This document shows, piece after piece, positions 46,907 to 58,600 of a stretch of DNA of 64,000 nt. The DNA is taken from contig MU056905.1 of NCBI GenBank assembly GCA_013239625.1, positions 455,967 through 519,966 on the forward strand, read 5' to 3'. Source of the DNA: Lama guanicoe (lineage: Eukaryota). Within the stretch, counting starts at the first letter, position 1, and each line of letters opens with the position of its first letter. Below the pieces are notes generated by a model. It was not told where the DNA came from and made no database searches. It was given only the letters and a program-made list of their open reading frames with translations. The translations under genes and the position numbers were made by a program.

Positions 46907-49900
46907 CATAGGAGACTGTCAGGTCTTCACCCCTCCCCTCCACCACACTACAACTGGTGGACCCACAGCAGCCTGTCCTCCTCCTCCCCTCTCCCTTCCT
47001 CATCCCTGGCGCCTACCTGAGGATGGGGCCATGGAGGTGACTCCTCTGCACAGGAACAGGGCTGGCCATGGGAATCAAAGTTTCCTACTTCAAAATATCA
47101 AAGTGCTGCCCCCGGGGCCCCAGGCCCCTGAGGGGAAGGGCTCCCTCTTAAGCCCCTGACTTCCTCCTCCAGGTCTCAGCAAAACTGAGTGACTGACAGA
47201 ATTTTGAGGAGGGGAACAGGAAGAGCCTGGCTAGAGGAAGGAGTGGATGAGGCAGAGACCCATCCCCCAGCAACTGGGTGAGAAGCTAAGGGAAAAGTTT
47301 CACATCTGAATCAGACTGAAAACAAGAATCTGTTCTCAGAAGAATCCCAGAAAGGACAGAAATAGCACAGGCCAGCCCCTTGCTCTTAGGAGGTGGGGCT
47401 CCTCTTTGGGGAGAAGGAAAGGGTTAGTGGGAGGCCTAAGGGTGCAGGGACAGGGAAACATCCTGAACCTGTCCTGGAGAGGAAGTCTGCAGCGGTGGGG
47501 AAGAGGCCCTGCAAGAGCCCCTCAGCGGAGCTAAGGCAGATTCAGCTCCCTCCCAGAGTCGTCTTCTGGGGCCATACTTCAAAATGAGCTTTAACCCACC
47601 CGACAGGATGGAAGCATGAAAGAGAACTAGAAACTGCAGGGGAGGGACTTGCTGAAACTAGGCATCCGGGGACCCTTACTAAGAGACCCGCTCAACAAGG
47701 AGGGAAGCCCCCGCCCAAGCAGTGACCGAAAGTCAGAAGGGACTTGCTCACAGAAACCGAGAGGCTATGCAAGTTACTTTAACACTCCCCGCCCGGTTTT
47801 CTCATCTGTAAAACCGGGGCTGCGGAATAACCGTGAATTAACTGGAGAGAGGTCAATCCAGCCCAGAGGGAGAAGAGAAGTTATGGGATAGTCCTAGAGG
47901 GACCTGGGGGCCAGAACCCCGTCTTCCGCCTGCAGGTTTTGCCCTCGCTCAGGTTGGAGGAGAAAGAAGGCGGCCTCTGCGGCGCGAAGTGGACGTGCGC
48001 AGACGGCCCCGGCCCGCCTCCGGATTGGCTGTGGGATGACGTCACCAATACGAGTGCTTTGGGGCTGCGATTGGTCAGCGAGGGACTGGGCGGGGCTAAG
48101 GAGGAGCGCCCGAGATGCAGCCAAACGCTGCCAAGGAAGAGTTCCGCGGGACTATGGTCTTCTTAATGTGGAGTTTAGGGCTGGGGGTAATGTGGGGATG
48201 AAGAAAAGGAACTAGTAGGGGTGCGTTTGACAGGAGAAAGAGAAAAGAGAAAAAACGGGCCACGAGCCAGGATTAGGATTTTATGACGGCAAGTCTTACA
48301 TACACCACCATCCATCCCAGCCCCCGACCCCTGCACCCTTACCTCCCCAAAGCTGGGAGAATTTAAAATACTTTATCACTGTGCCAAGGCCTCGAAGAAT
48401 TATAAATAAATGAAGTTTGAGAAACTACTGGGACAAGTTGAAGTGGGCTTCAACAGCAAGGAGAGGAATCGAGGTTAAATGTCTACAAGTTGTGTTCTAG
48501 TGAACTCTTGGTAGCCATGAAGTAGGGCTGCTGAGCTGGTTAGTGTTTTTAGAGAGAAAGGACTTGACCTAGAGTCAGAGATCTAGAATGGCCAACCCCA
48601 GAGATGAGGGACAAGCTATTTGGCCTGCTTTATGGACAAGCTGGCTTGGAGGCATAGAGATGGGGTGGAAATACGGACAGGTGGTAGCCAGCTGCACCCA
48701 GCCTGGAACACCAAAGAACACCAAACCAAGCCGGCTCTGCTCCCTCACCTGACTCCAGGCCCTACCATCTGAGCCAAATAGGCACTAACTTCAACCCTCC
48801 TAGTCAAAGGCAGAGATTTCTTAGACTAGAAAAGCTTTAGAGAGGATATCTTGTCCATCCCCCTTCACTCTTGCCCAATAGAACCAAAGCTGGTTGGACA
48901 AATGATGGCTTACAACATCACCCCACATACGTGCATGCTGCTTCATCCCAGCGTGCAGCTCATACATGCTCATCCCAGCCTTTTTATTCACTATTGCTAA
49001 TTAGAAAGGATATTGGTCAACCACTATCCCCTGGGGGAAAAGAAATTCACACATATCCACTCACCCACACATGTACTCACAGGCCACACTACACCTCTGC
49101 CTGGGCCAAGGAGGCTGTCCTATGGGCTGGACGTAGATGTGATGACTCCAGCATGAGTTTTCCTTTTTAAAAGAGCAAGGAGACCTACTATAATGCCTCC
49201 CTCCCTGGTCCATCCCCACCATTCCCTACCTGCACTGAATAACAGGAGTTGGAACAGGGGCTCAACAAAGGATAGGAGACTTTGCCTCCAGTGAGAGAAG
49301 AGGGGTGTAAGGACGAGTGGGTGTGGGTTTGGAGGTGGGTGCTGGGGAAGGGATTAACTGGCTGATCTCCAAAATCTCAGAAATTGAAAGAACCAAGGAA
49401 ATCATCTAAATCTAATAGAAATAGGATATGAACTAAAATCAGGAGACTTTTGCCTTGCCTTGGTCACTATGTGTGACTTTGGATAAGACACTCTGAGCTC
49501 CAGTTTCCTTGTCTGTAAAATGGGTGAATACATGCTTCTCATAAGGATCAAATGACATCATATAAGAGCACCTTGGAAACTCTAAAGTGATACATAAATC
49601 CACAAGATTATTATCTAGTTTCTATTTAGTTAGTTCAGCAAATATTCATTAAGAGACTGAATATATATATGTATGTATGTGTATAACTGAATCACTTTGC
49701 TGTACACCTGAAACTAATGTTGTAAACTGACTACAGTTCAGTAAAAAATAAGAATTAAAAATAAATAAATTAAAGAGTTCTCCATGAACAAAGTCCCCTG
49801 TGCCTGTGCACCCAGGGCCCCTGATGTGGAAAAGCCGTGTCTCCCCACCTCTCCAGATGTCAAGGGCTCTTCCCTAGCTCCTAATTTTAAAGGGGCCAGG

Positions 49901-52900
49901 GAAGTAGTGGAAGCCAAAGCTGGGGACATGCAGAGCACGGAGTTCCAGAAACCAGGAACAACCAGATCCCCACCTCATCCAAGCTCTGCTGCTCCACTCA
50001 CTCCCCTGGCTTCCCATTGCTATACAAGCAGCCCTGGTTCTGGCAGCTGGCTGGGCACAGTGGCGGGGGTGGCTTCACAGATAAAAATAGCCCCCCCCCA
50101 CCGGTGGCAGAGCTGGGGTGCCATTCTGGGAGGCGGCAGGCCTCAGGTTGACATGGCAGCGGTGGTGAGAGATCTCCAGGCACTGGACAAGGAAGCTGAA
50201 GGGATAGGGGGGTTGGGGGGAAATGGGGCAGGGCCTGGAGAAGACTGGCGGGTAGGCGGGGGAGGACAGACACCAGGCAAGTGGAGGGAGATGAGGGAGA
50301 GAGGCAGGAGGTAATAAGGGGGCAGGGAGTGAAGAAAGGGAGATTTGAAAAGTATTGGAGAAGAAGGTCTGGGAAGCACTGCAGAAGAGCGGGAGGAGTC
50401 AGCTCACACCCCTGTGAGTGTGTCTAAAGACAAGTCCCCCTCCGCCTCCTGACCAGAAGCTGTTTCTAGCAGGTGTTCCTAGCAACAGCCCAGCTCGGCT
50501 CAGATCAGCGGCGGAGGCGGGTAACCTAAGCAGTGTAAGCCTTAGCCCAGACTAGTAGGAACCCAGGTAGCCGAGCTCCCTGCCCAGCACACAGACGCGT
50601 CACCTCGCCCTCAGGCTTCAGCCCCGGAAACAGGGAGGAAATGGGAGGGGTGGGCAAAAAGTTCAGAGGAAAGCTAATCAGAGAGGAGGCTCCCAGGACC
50701 CAGTCCAGGAGAACTCTATCCTGGTTCACTTGCGCACCCCTCTCCTCCTTCCCTGCACTATTTAATTCTGCTCATTAACCACCTCCACATGGACCACCCC
50801 ACCGGCCTGCCAAACCACATCCCAGCAGATGTTCCCAGCAGATGCCCTGTTTCCAGGAGACTTAACAGATGCTGAAGGAGGCTTGGGATGGGAAAGTAAG
50901 TTGGAAACTTGGCAAGGGAATGACCGCTGGTGTGATGAGAGCCGCTCTAGATTGTGCATCAGTGGAATATGGGTCAGGTCCTAGCCTGGCCCCCAATCTT
51001 ACCAACTATTTCTGGGCATTAGTTTCCCCCTCTGTAAAGCTCAGCACATGGATTGGCGGCACTAGGGAAATACGATTCCCTGGTTGGAGTTTATCTTTTC
51101 TGACTGGCTCACTGCTTCCCCCAGCTCAGCCCTCACCTGATGCTTTAAAGGAGGAGGGTGGCTTTTATCTTCATCACATTCTAACCTCCAGGAACTTTCC
51201 CAGAAGTTCTCCCACATATCTCTCTTCAAACCATCTCGATGCAATGAAAACAACAGCAAATTTTCTTGGCATTTCAAAGAAGAATAGGAAGGAAGAGAAG
51301 AGGCAGGACAAAGAAGTCTTTGGGGTGAGTCTGGTGCAATTGGATTTATTATATTTCTTTCAGGTTGGAATTTCTAAAGCCACTGCTTGTAGAGAGACAG
51401 TTGGGGTTTAGGGTGCTTGGCAACACTGCTGGCATGTGTGCTCACTCTACCCGGGCCCCGAGAAGTTTCCAAACAAGGTGGGCACGGAGAAGAGAACTAA
51501 GGGGGTGGTGCCAAGTTAGATATACAAGAGCTGATTAACAGGGGAGCGGGGAAGCCAAGAGTAAGAAGGAACAAAACCTTCTCTAGCCCCAGGTCCTGCC
51601 TGCTGGAGAATCACTAAGCCCCCTGAAAGCCAAGCTCCCTTCCCAACCTAAATGGTGCCAACACCAGCTGGCAGCCTAATCATCCCACTGCAGCCACTGT
51701 AATTATTTGCAAATCTGACTTCTCATTGCAGCTGTGGCATCAACCGACCTGGGGGCCTGGCTGGATCCAACAGTACCACCTGAAGCACCTCTTTCTAGTT
51801 TTTCTCCTGGCCCTAAGCCCCCAAGCCTCTCCCTGGAGATGCCCTTTTCCCCCCAAGCCTGCTTCTCCACCAAAACCCCAGCACAGCTCCCTCACTGGAG
51901 GATGCCAGGTCTGGGGTGCCGAAGTAGAATCCTGGCCTGCTGTTTTCTTCCCAGACAGGGAGAAGATGCAAGACGGGAGAAGAGCAGCTGCAGGACTGGG
52001 GATGTGAGGGACAGAGGGGCAAGAGCACTGGCATTAGGGACCTCACTGCAGTGAATGGATCACAACTCTCTTTCCTCCTTTTCCCTTCCAGTAGCCCTTC
52101 TTCCCCTTCAAGTCCCATCTGTGCCCCGCTCACTATTCCCAGGATTCTCTCCCAGTTCTCACAGACCATTAAGTCTTCCTCCCTTAGGGGACAATCTCAT
52201 TATGTAACAACTTCAGTCTCCCTGTGGTCTCACCTGCACCCCACCTGCTGCCCTGGTTTTGTCCGCCTTTCTCTGTGCTGTCCTGAAGAGAGCTGGAAAA
52301 TAGCTACTCCTTACCTGTGAAAATCAGCCCCGTGAGACCCGAAGGCAATTACTTGGCTTCCTCCCCAGAGGAGCTGGGAGGATGAGGTCACTGAGAAGGC
52401 ACAAGAAAGGCCTTGCAGAACACAGGAGTTGATTTCAGGAGCTCGGTGGACAGCGGGCAGGAGGAAGGGGTCTAGAGACATCAGGCTTCTCTCGTATAGA
52501 GTCTCTCACCCAGCCTTCCAGTCCCGTAGCATCATCTCGAACCTACTTCACCCCCTCCTGACAAAAGTGATAAATGCAACCTCAAACGTGGGATCTCCTC
52601 TCTGTCTTTTTAACCGTCCCCCTGGGGCTCCTGGGCAAGCAGAGTGATATTTGCGTTCTAAGGGACTTTAGAGATTCTCTAAAATAGGATGTGTCACAGC
52701 TGGTCATGTCACCCCCAGGCCTCGAGACTTAGGATGAATGCCAATGCCGGTGCCTGGGCTCCCCACACCCACCATGTCTTAGAACTGCAATTGCTCCATC
52801 CACTTCTAGTTAACCACTCGAGAAGAGATGACAAGGAGTAAGTCCCTCTCTTTGCTTTTGGCCTCAGTGGCCCACACGCTTGGTGGGATTGCCCTCTTCC

Positions 52901-55900
52901 AGCCCCACCCAGCCTTCTGGTCTCTAAGCTCAGACACCTGCCTCACCCCCTCCAACAACCGCTCATCAACAAGGCTCTTCCAAATCATGCCCCAGACACC
53001 AGGACCCAAACCTATAAAGTCATTCAGATTCCTGCCTCTTGACTCTTTATTTTCTCCCCATCCAAGACAATGTCTACCCATTTATTCCCATTCCCCTGCC
53101 TCTTCACATGCTCAAAGAGCTGCAGACTTTATCATTTAAAAGCCACTTTCACATGGATGACATCAAAGAAAGAACTAAGATGCAGAGAGAGTATGTGACT
53201 TCAAGATCATGCAGCTAGTATTTGGCAGAGTGGGAACATGAACTCAAACTCAAGTTTCCCAATATTCCCTATGCTCTTTTGTTTCCACCACCCTGCCTCT
53301 CTGATTCCCTCCAGCCATTCCCTCTGACCAGACATTTGTGAAGTTCTTCCTTTGATCTGAACTTGATTTCCCCTATCTCTGCACCTCCCCTTCACCTTAC
53401 AGCAGGAGTTTTCCACTCTACCGTTGAGAGAAGCCTCATTCAAGACAAAGCTGATGGAGGAAATAGCAAAAGCTGATGGGAGCTGTGGGTATAAAACCCG
53501 GGGAGGAGAGACGCCCTTTGCCATGGATAGAAACAGAGGAGGGAGAGCTGATCCAGGGAGGAAGGCACTAAAGATCATTTCTACAAAGTCCTGGGAGAAA
53601 TGATGCTCCTCTTTCTCCAGAGGTCCAGAGAGCCACAGTCTGTCCTGCAATCTTCACAGCAGCTCCACAGCCATATGCAGAGAAAGGAGGTCGGCAGCAC
53701 AGTTTTCGAACTGGTAAGAGCCACGGATGATCACTCCATGGGGCATATTCAAGATGAGGACAAAAGGTGGGATAAATCAGCAAGGTACCCAGTCCAGTCC
53801 CTCGGCTTCCTCCTCCTGCCCATCTGATCTCCCCAGGATTGTCAAAAAGTGTGAGTGTGTCACAAACACATACACCAGATCACACGTACATATTATCCTG
53901 TTACTTACACATACACTCCCACACACGCATATGTCATCTCATTCATACAGAGGACTATTTCAGGTATTCAGGTAAGTGTATATCTTCCCAACAAATTTAT
54001 TATCACACATATTTATTATTTATTGCCATTTATAAACATAAAAACAAAGAGACATCATCATGGAGCTCTGACTCCACCAGCTGTCCCATCACGCACATTA
54101 CCCTTTACCCAGACACATACGTATACACGTCAGGCATTCACAATTTCATCCTGATACATCTCGTTCACAAAACCAGGTTGTTCCTGTATCCTCTGTAACT
54201 CCTTCAGTTCCAGGTTCTGTCCTGAGGTCCTCAAACCCCAGACCTTTGAACATCACCCTCTCAAAAAACAGCAGTAATAACCTCTGCCTTTCTTCCATCC
54301 CCATTCCTGCTCCCCTCCCCCGCCCCCTCCGCACACAGGAACACATGCACCACAGCATAAGAGAGAAGCTGGCTCTGTGACATATACACGTATATTCATT
54401 ACTTCATTTGTTCATTCCTTCATTTAACAGCAATTACTGAGTGCCTATTATGTTCCAGCTACCACACTAGACTCCGATGAAATAAAGATGGGCAAAAATA
54501 AGCCCCAGCTGAGTCCTTGCTCCAGCTCCCCTGTAATGACCTTGAACCACAGCCTAGGACATTGACACTAGACCATGGGAGCCTGAGTGTGTGGAGAAAG
54601 GAGAAGAGAAAGGGATTGTGTCTAGACTATCCCAAGGAAGAGGGAAGTTCTGTCTGTAAAATTCCAGGAGAAACTGGAGCAGAGAGAAGAGAGTGATGCT
54701 TGTACTACCCAGGAGAGAGAAAGAATTCATATACGTGCTTTTCCTGTATGTGTTACCACCACCCCACCAAAGGGAAAGATGAGGCAGAAACTAGAGAGCT
54801 TGAATTCTACCACTTGGGTGGCATAGCAAAATGAGGAACAGGGTACCTTCTCTACTCCGCACTCCATCTGATGGAGTTGAACCATATTATAAGCTCCACA
54901 GAATCTGAGACTGTGTCCATTTTGTCCACCACTATATCCCCAGCATCCAGCACATCACCTAGCCCATAGGAGGCACTCAATTAATAGTTGTTGAATGAAT
55001 GAATGAATCAATGAGCTAAGGATGGCAAACCAATCTCTGCTCATAGTTTTTCTTATTTCACAAAAGACACAGAAAACCCCTTCAATTTCTACCCACCCTC
55101 CCCTATGTTCCTCAAGGTCCTCTGGTCTCAGAGATGGGTGGGCAGGCAGGTCAGATCCTTCTGTTTAGGGTTAGAGATGCTGAAACTCATCCTGGTCAAC
55201 CCATCATCCCCAGGCTGCCTGTCTCAGCCTCTCTGTGCCTTAGCCAAAGAGTCTACTTAGTTAGGAAAATTTTCCTGCCAGGTAGAGGTGAAATCCCACA
55301 GTTAGAGACTCTCCTGAGCTCTCATGCTCCAGATTCTGAATTTATCTTTGGCAGAGTCCTAGTATGGGAAACAGAATTCCTGGATGCCCTTCCCAAGGGG
55401 AAGTTGCCCTGCACAATTATATTAGTATGGGCTTTTTAACCAGAAGAAAAACACCAGACCCAGATTCCCTGAAAAGAATCTAGATATCCCAGATTAGAAA
55501 TTAAAAGAGTAGTTGGGGTAGAGGGGATAGGATACGTTGAGTAGGGGAATCAACATACATATGTTTTTTTCCATCTGTATTCATTTTTATTCAGTATCTA
55601 GTCCTGAGATAATCATGTCCACCCTCCTATTCCCAGACTAAACAGTCCCTTCCCACCCAAGGCCTGTCTGGGGACAGGTGGTAACCGGGGAGGGGAGTAG
55701 GAATTCCATTTCTATTCAAAGGAGGGAATGCTCCCGTTGCTCACCTCTTCAGAAACCACTGGACCCTAAGAGTTATTTCTCTCTACTACCCAGAAAAAGT
55801 CCTAAAATCCTTTTATTTCCCTTCACCTGATTGGCAAAGCCTCCCCAGTAATCAAACAGGGCCAATTCCAGTAAGCCATCAACTTGGGATCTATCATAAT

Positions 55901-58097
55901 ATCAAGATCTTCCTCCACTTTGAAAAAGTGAGCCTGGGAATCTATTCCTGGTGATTAACATTGAGGAGATGGTGCTTTTCTGGGTGAGTTATTACACGTA
56001 GCTAGCATTCTTAAGGACCAGATTGCTGAAGTGAGTGAAAACCGGAACAATCTCATCAATAAGATTAGTGATCCTTGTCCACTGTGATCTCCTGGAAGGA
56101 CATCTCAGCGAACACACTCTGTAGGGGCAGCTGCCTCTACTCCCTTCTTTCCCCAGGTTTCAGTGCTTCCTTCTGAGGGTCCCCTTCTCTCGTTGATGAG
56201 CACTTCCCACACTAAGGGAAGAAAGAGCAATTTGCTTCCAGGAAAGACTTTTGGTTAGAAAGGTGTGGGAGATAGTGAAATAGGCAGAACCTGCTCTTTT
56301 GCAGGGCCCATTACCTGGGATGAAGGCAGAGGAAGTATATGATGAGCCATTCGTGCTATGAGGAAGCATCCTGGGACACATTGAATTCTCCCATTTATAG
56401 ACCCTGAGGTCCCTTCTTTGCCTTTCAACTGCTTCCTCACCTATACCTCTTCCCAGCTTAGTTACCATTAACAGAGCAGCATTTTCTATCAAGAATCACC
56501 CAGTGCTCCTCCCAACAAAAATCAGTTCAATCCGGTTTTCCATTGCTTCATCCCAGAACCTCATTCCAAGGCTGTGCTTCATGGAGCCTGCAAATTGCAT
56601 TGGCCAGAGGCAGCAAAGGAGGGGACTGAGAAGCACATTTGGACTCCAAGCCCTGTTGCCCACTGTGCCTCCCTTCTCCCTACGGCCTCTCTAAGCAGCT
56701 AGTGTGTAAATCAGACCCACTGGCCCAACAGAAAGGTGTCAACTTATCGCCACAGGTGATGTATTTTTAAAACAACACAATCATAAGCATCTATCCATAT
56801 TCTACCCCTATCTCTTCCTCTGCCAGAGCCCAGAAATGAAAAGCTTCACTGCTCACTATTGAGGGTACTGGGGAGGAACTGGATTTAGAGGCTCTATTTC
56901 CTGTATTTCCTCACCAAACACCTGCAGCCTTCCCCCCGGGGCCGTGGGGAGTCATATCAGGGAGAGGGGCTCCTTCCCTTGTTCTCTGGTTAAGAATCAA
57001 CAGACTGCGGAGATTACCCAATGGCAGCTGACTGGGAGATAAACATGGTGCATGGCTCATCTCTGACCCAACCTCTCTCCTTCTCTGAGGAGCAGGAAGA
57101 AAAGTTCCTTTCCTTCCCTGGAATGGGAGTCTGGGACACCTGATTCCTTCCTTTTCCCATTTATTCCTCCCCACATGCCCTCTTCCTGCAACAGTAAGAA
57201 AAGATGCCTAAATGCCTGGAGAGCTTAGAAGACTCTACAGCAACAAGAAGGCTTTGACAGTTACCTTGCCCCTGTCAATCAATCTCTCTTCACCACCACC
57301 CCAGCTTCCAGGTAGGGGCTCCACCTCCCCCTCTCCAGATCCCAGGTCAGTGTCCCACCCCTTCTCTAGGTCCCCGGTGGGTTCCCCATTGTTAACATGC
57401 AGGGTGGATTTCCAGGCCCCAAGAGAGATGAGCAGCTCAGGTATGGAGTGCCCCCCACCCCCACCCCGTAGGCTGCAGGAGGCAGAAACCACCAATCCCA
57501 GCCGAGCTCTATGACCCACAGGTTGGCACAAGTATCCCTGTGCACTAAATCTGCAGCTGTGGCCAAGCACCTTACACACATCTCCGTGACCCTGGGACAC
57601 TCATGTACACACATGTGATGTGTCTTACATCTGCACAACCCTGCACATGGATACGTGTGAGTCAGCCTGGCACCTCCTGAATGCTGCCCGACTGCAGCCC
57701 TGCCACACGGCAAATACTGTGCTGCCTCTGTGCTGCGGTGCGTGTGTTACCAGGGGGGTCCGCAAGCACATCGTTAGCCCTGCAACTCCTAAACCCGCTG
57801 CAACCGGCCGGCTTGCCCCGCACATGCCTTGCACATGTGGCCTCGCCACGCGTGTCAGGGCAGTTTATTTCCTCGCACCTGCCAACATGTGTGCCCAAAA
57901 GAACCCACCGGCCCGGCTCCAGCTGCACCCCCACCTTTCCAGGTTCCCTAAAATTCCTTCCCCCCACCCCCTGGCCCGGGGACTCACAGAGACCGAAGCT
58001 TAATCCACATCTTCTTGCTGGGGGCTGACTTCAGCTCCAGGGGTGACGGGCAATCCGACTCCAGCATCTCGGGAGGGCTGCGGGGGGACAGCTCCAT
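34533..58097 (-). CDS. PDE1B: Calcium/calmodulin-dependent 3',5'-cyclic nucleotide phosphodiesterase 1B, isoform 1, 535 aa; complement join(57988..58097,42624..42737,41524..41706,41317..41383,40856..40972,38573..38713,38062..38162,37854..37979,37633..37734,36523..36643,36138..36219,35684..35792,35139..35269,34533..34636)
   Basis: 1608-nt open frame MELSPRSPPEMLESDCPSPLELKSAPSKKMWIKLRSL...NPYHNQIHAADV...HDYEHTGTTN...LENHH...ADISHP...EEFFRQGD...AQSQIGFIDFIV...EHNQNGNLD*. PDEase signature present; all junctions GT-AG. Confidence 0.97.
35139..35269 (-). CDS. PDE1B: PDE1B exon 14
   Basis: FQWRQPSLDVEVGDPNPDVVSFRSTWTKYIQENKQKWKERAAS. Confidence 0.95.
35684..35792 (-). CDS. PDE1B: PDE1B exon 13
   Basis: FIDFIVEPTFSVLTDVAEKSVQPMGDEDSKSKNQP. 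Confidence 0.95.
36138..36219 (-). CDS. PDE1B: PDE1B exon 12
   Basis: GDKEAELGLPFSPLCDRTSTLVAQSQI. Confidence 0.95.
36523..36643 (-). CDS. PDE1B: PDE1B exon 11
   Basis: IDKSKALSLLLHTADISHPTKKWAVHSRWTKALMEEFFRQ. Confidence 0.95.
36820..37075 (+). mobile_element. MIR SINE
   Basis: agagtcaaagagctgggttcgaatccc..ctagctatgtgac..caagtgacttaa..ggcacctaataagtgctca. Confidence 0.75.
37633..37734 (-). CDS. PDE1B: PDE1B exon 10
   Basis: ELRALVIEMVLATDMSCHFQQVKTMKTALQQLE. Confidence 0.95.
37854..37979 (-). CDS. PDE1B: PDE1B exon 9
   Basis: SECAILYNDRSVLENHHISSVFRLMQDDEMNIFINLTKDEF. Confidence 0.95.
38062..38162 (-). CDS. PDE1B: PDE1B exon 8
   Basis: HCLSEIEVLAIVFAAAIHDYEHTGTTNSFHIQT (HD motif). Confidence 0.95.
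38573..38713 (-). CDS. PDE1B: PDE1B exon 7
   Basis: IPTVFLMTFLDALETGYGKYKNPYHNQIHAADVTQTVHCFLLRTGMV. Confidence 0.95.
38850..39020 (+). mobile_element. MIR SINE
   Basis: ggctgtgtgaccgtgggcaagtcac..ctctctgtgcctcag. Confidence 0.65.
40856..40972 (-). CDS. PDE1B: PDE1B exon 6
   Basis: NLDLWCFDVFSLNRAADDHALRTIVFELLTRHNLISRFK. Confidence 0.95.
41317..41383 (-). CDS. PDE1B: PDE1B exon 5
   Basis: MFRRTYTSVGPTYSTAVLNCLK. Confidence 0.95.
41524..41706 (-). CDS. PDE1B: PDE1B exon 4
   Basis: QILDTEDELQELRSDAVPSEVRDWLASTFTQQ...KPKFRSIVHAVQAGIFVE. Confidence 0.95.
41994..42310. mobile_element. MER33-like hAT-Charlie element
   Basis: cagcactgtccagcagaaataaaatgcaaaccacat...ggtagccac..aaaagaaccaggtgaaatt...tagccatgtgtgaccagtggc. 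Confidence 0.75.
42624..42737 (-). CDS. PDE1B: PDE1B exon 3
   Basis: LRCMVKQLENGEVNIEELKKNLEYTASLLEAVYIDET. Confidence 0.95.
44881..45066. mobile_element. MER5A hAT MITE nested in a MIR (~44810-45215)
   Basis: atcagaatcacctg...atctgcatttttaacaagcatcccaggtgattct...aagtttgagaacc; MIR text resumes on both sides. Confidence 0.75.
46872..46901. repeat. (CA)n microsatellite
   Basis: About 15 CA units. Confidence 0.95.
47017..47069 (-). CDS. PDE1B: PDE1B2 alternative first coding exon
   Basis: ATG...MASPVPVQRSHLHGPIL-AG|gtaggc; phase 2 joins exon 3 in frame, giving 516 aa; resembles the human PDE1B2 N-terminus MANPVPVQRSHLQGPILR (from memory). Confidence 0.9.
47900..48150. promoter_or_regulatory. 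Intronic CpG-rich promoter-like element upstream of the PDE1B2 exon
   Basis: Full CRE TGACGTCA 48037-48044; CCAAT/ATTGG at 48024, 48045 and 48070; GC box GGGCGGGG about 48088; local CpG enrichment. Confidence 0.7.
49425..49610 (+). mobile_element. MIR SINE
   Basis: tgtgtgactttggataag..ctccagtttccttgtctgtaaaatggg. Confidence 0.6.
49660..49772 (+). mobile_element. Very short L1 3' terminus
   Basis: tgtataactgaatcactttgctgtacacctgaaacta...A-rich tail. Confidence 0.75.
54880..55012 (+). mobile_element. L2 3' end
   Basis: taagctccaca..tatccccagc..cataggaggcactcaa..ttgttgaatgaatgaatgaa. Confidence 0.75.
57988..58097 (-). CDS. PDE1B: PDE1B exon 2 (first coding exon of PDE1B1)
   Basis: MELSPRSPPEMLESDCPSPLELKSAPSKKMWIKLRS; donor CT|gtgagt; acceptor ccgtag at 58111. 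Confidence 0.95.
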
Positions 58098-58198
58098 GCT
58101 CAGCCTCTGTCTACGGAACAGAGGGAGGAGACAGCACCGCGGCTCAGCCTCAGCTCCTAGCCCGGGGACCCGCGCCCCCCATCCCAGCCCCTTCCCAC

Positions 58199-58600
58199 CT
58201 GCGGCTGGCGGGGACCAGCCAGGCCGGTGTCTCTAGGCTCGGCCCAAGCTGGCAGAGCTGCAGTTCCTGCGGCGCCTCCTCTCCCGCTGCCCAGCCGAGC
58301 TCTGGGCTCCCAGTCCAAGCTCTCCGCCCCGCCGCCGCCGCCGCCGCCGCGCGCTGCCAGAGCCGCCTCCTCGCCTCTTTCCTCCTCCCCGGGCCGGCTT
58401 CCCCTCCCTTTCCCCCCTCCCTTCTCCTCTGCCAGCCCGCTCGTCTCTCACTCCTCGCAGCCTCTCCTCCCCCTCCCAGAGGAACGCTTGGAAGCCGGGG
58501 GCACACTCACACAGCAGCGCCCAAGGGCGAGCGCACGCACACAGGCGCCGGGTGCGGGAGGCTGCGTGTGCCCCGCGCGGGTGGATGTGAACGCCTGTTT
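58199..58600 (-). other. PDE1B: PDE1B non-coding exon 1 (5' end approximate) within a CpG island
   Basis: Donor CAG|gtggga at 58198 on the minus strand, short intron to exon 2; CpG-rich 57960-58740; TSS not determinable from sequence. Confidence 0.6.
58329..58349 (-). repeat. (CGG)7 trinucleotide repeat in the PDE1B 5'UTR region
   Basis: ccg x7 on the + strand. Confidence 0.9.

Noticed and set aside
14787-56244. Scattered isolated TTCN3GAA motifs (e.g. 14787, 16548, 21391, 47333, 56236)
   Set aside because: About 16 are expected by chance in 64 kb, and none has supporting context
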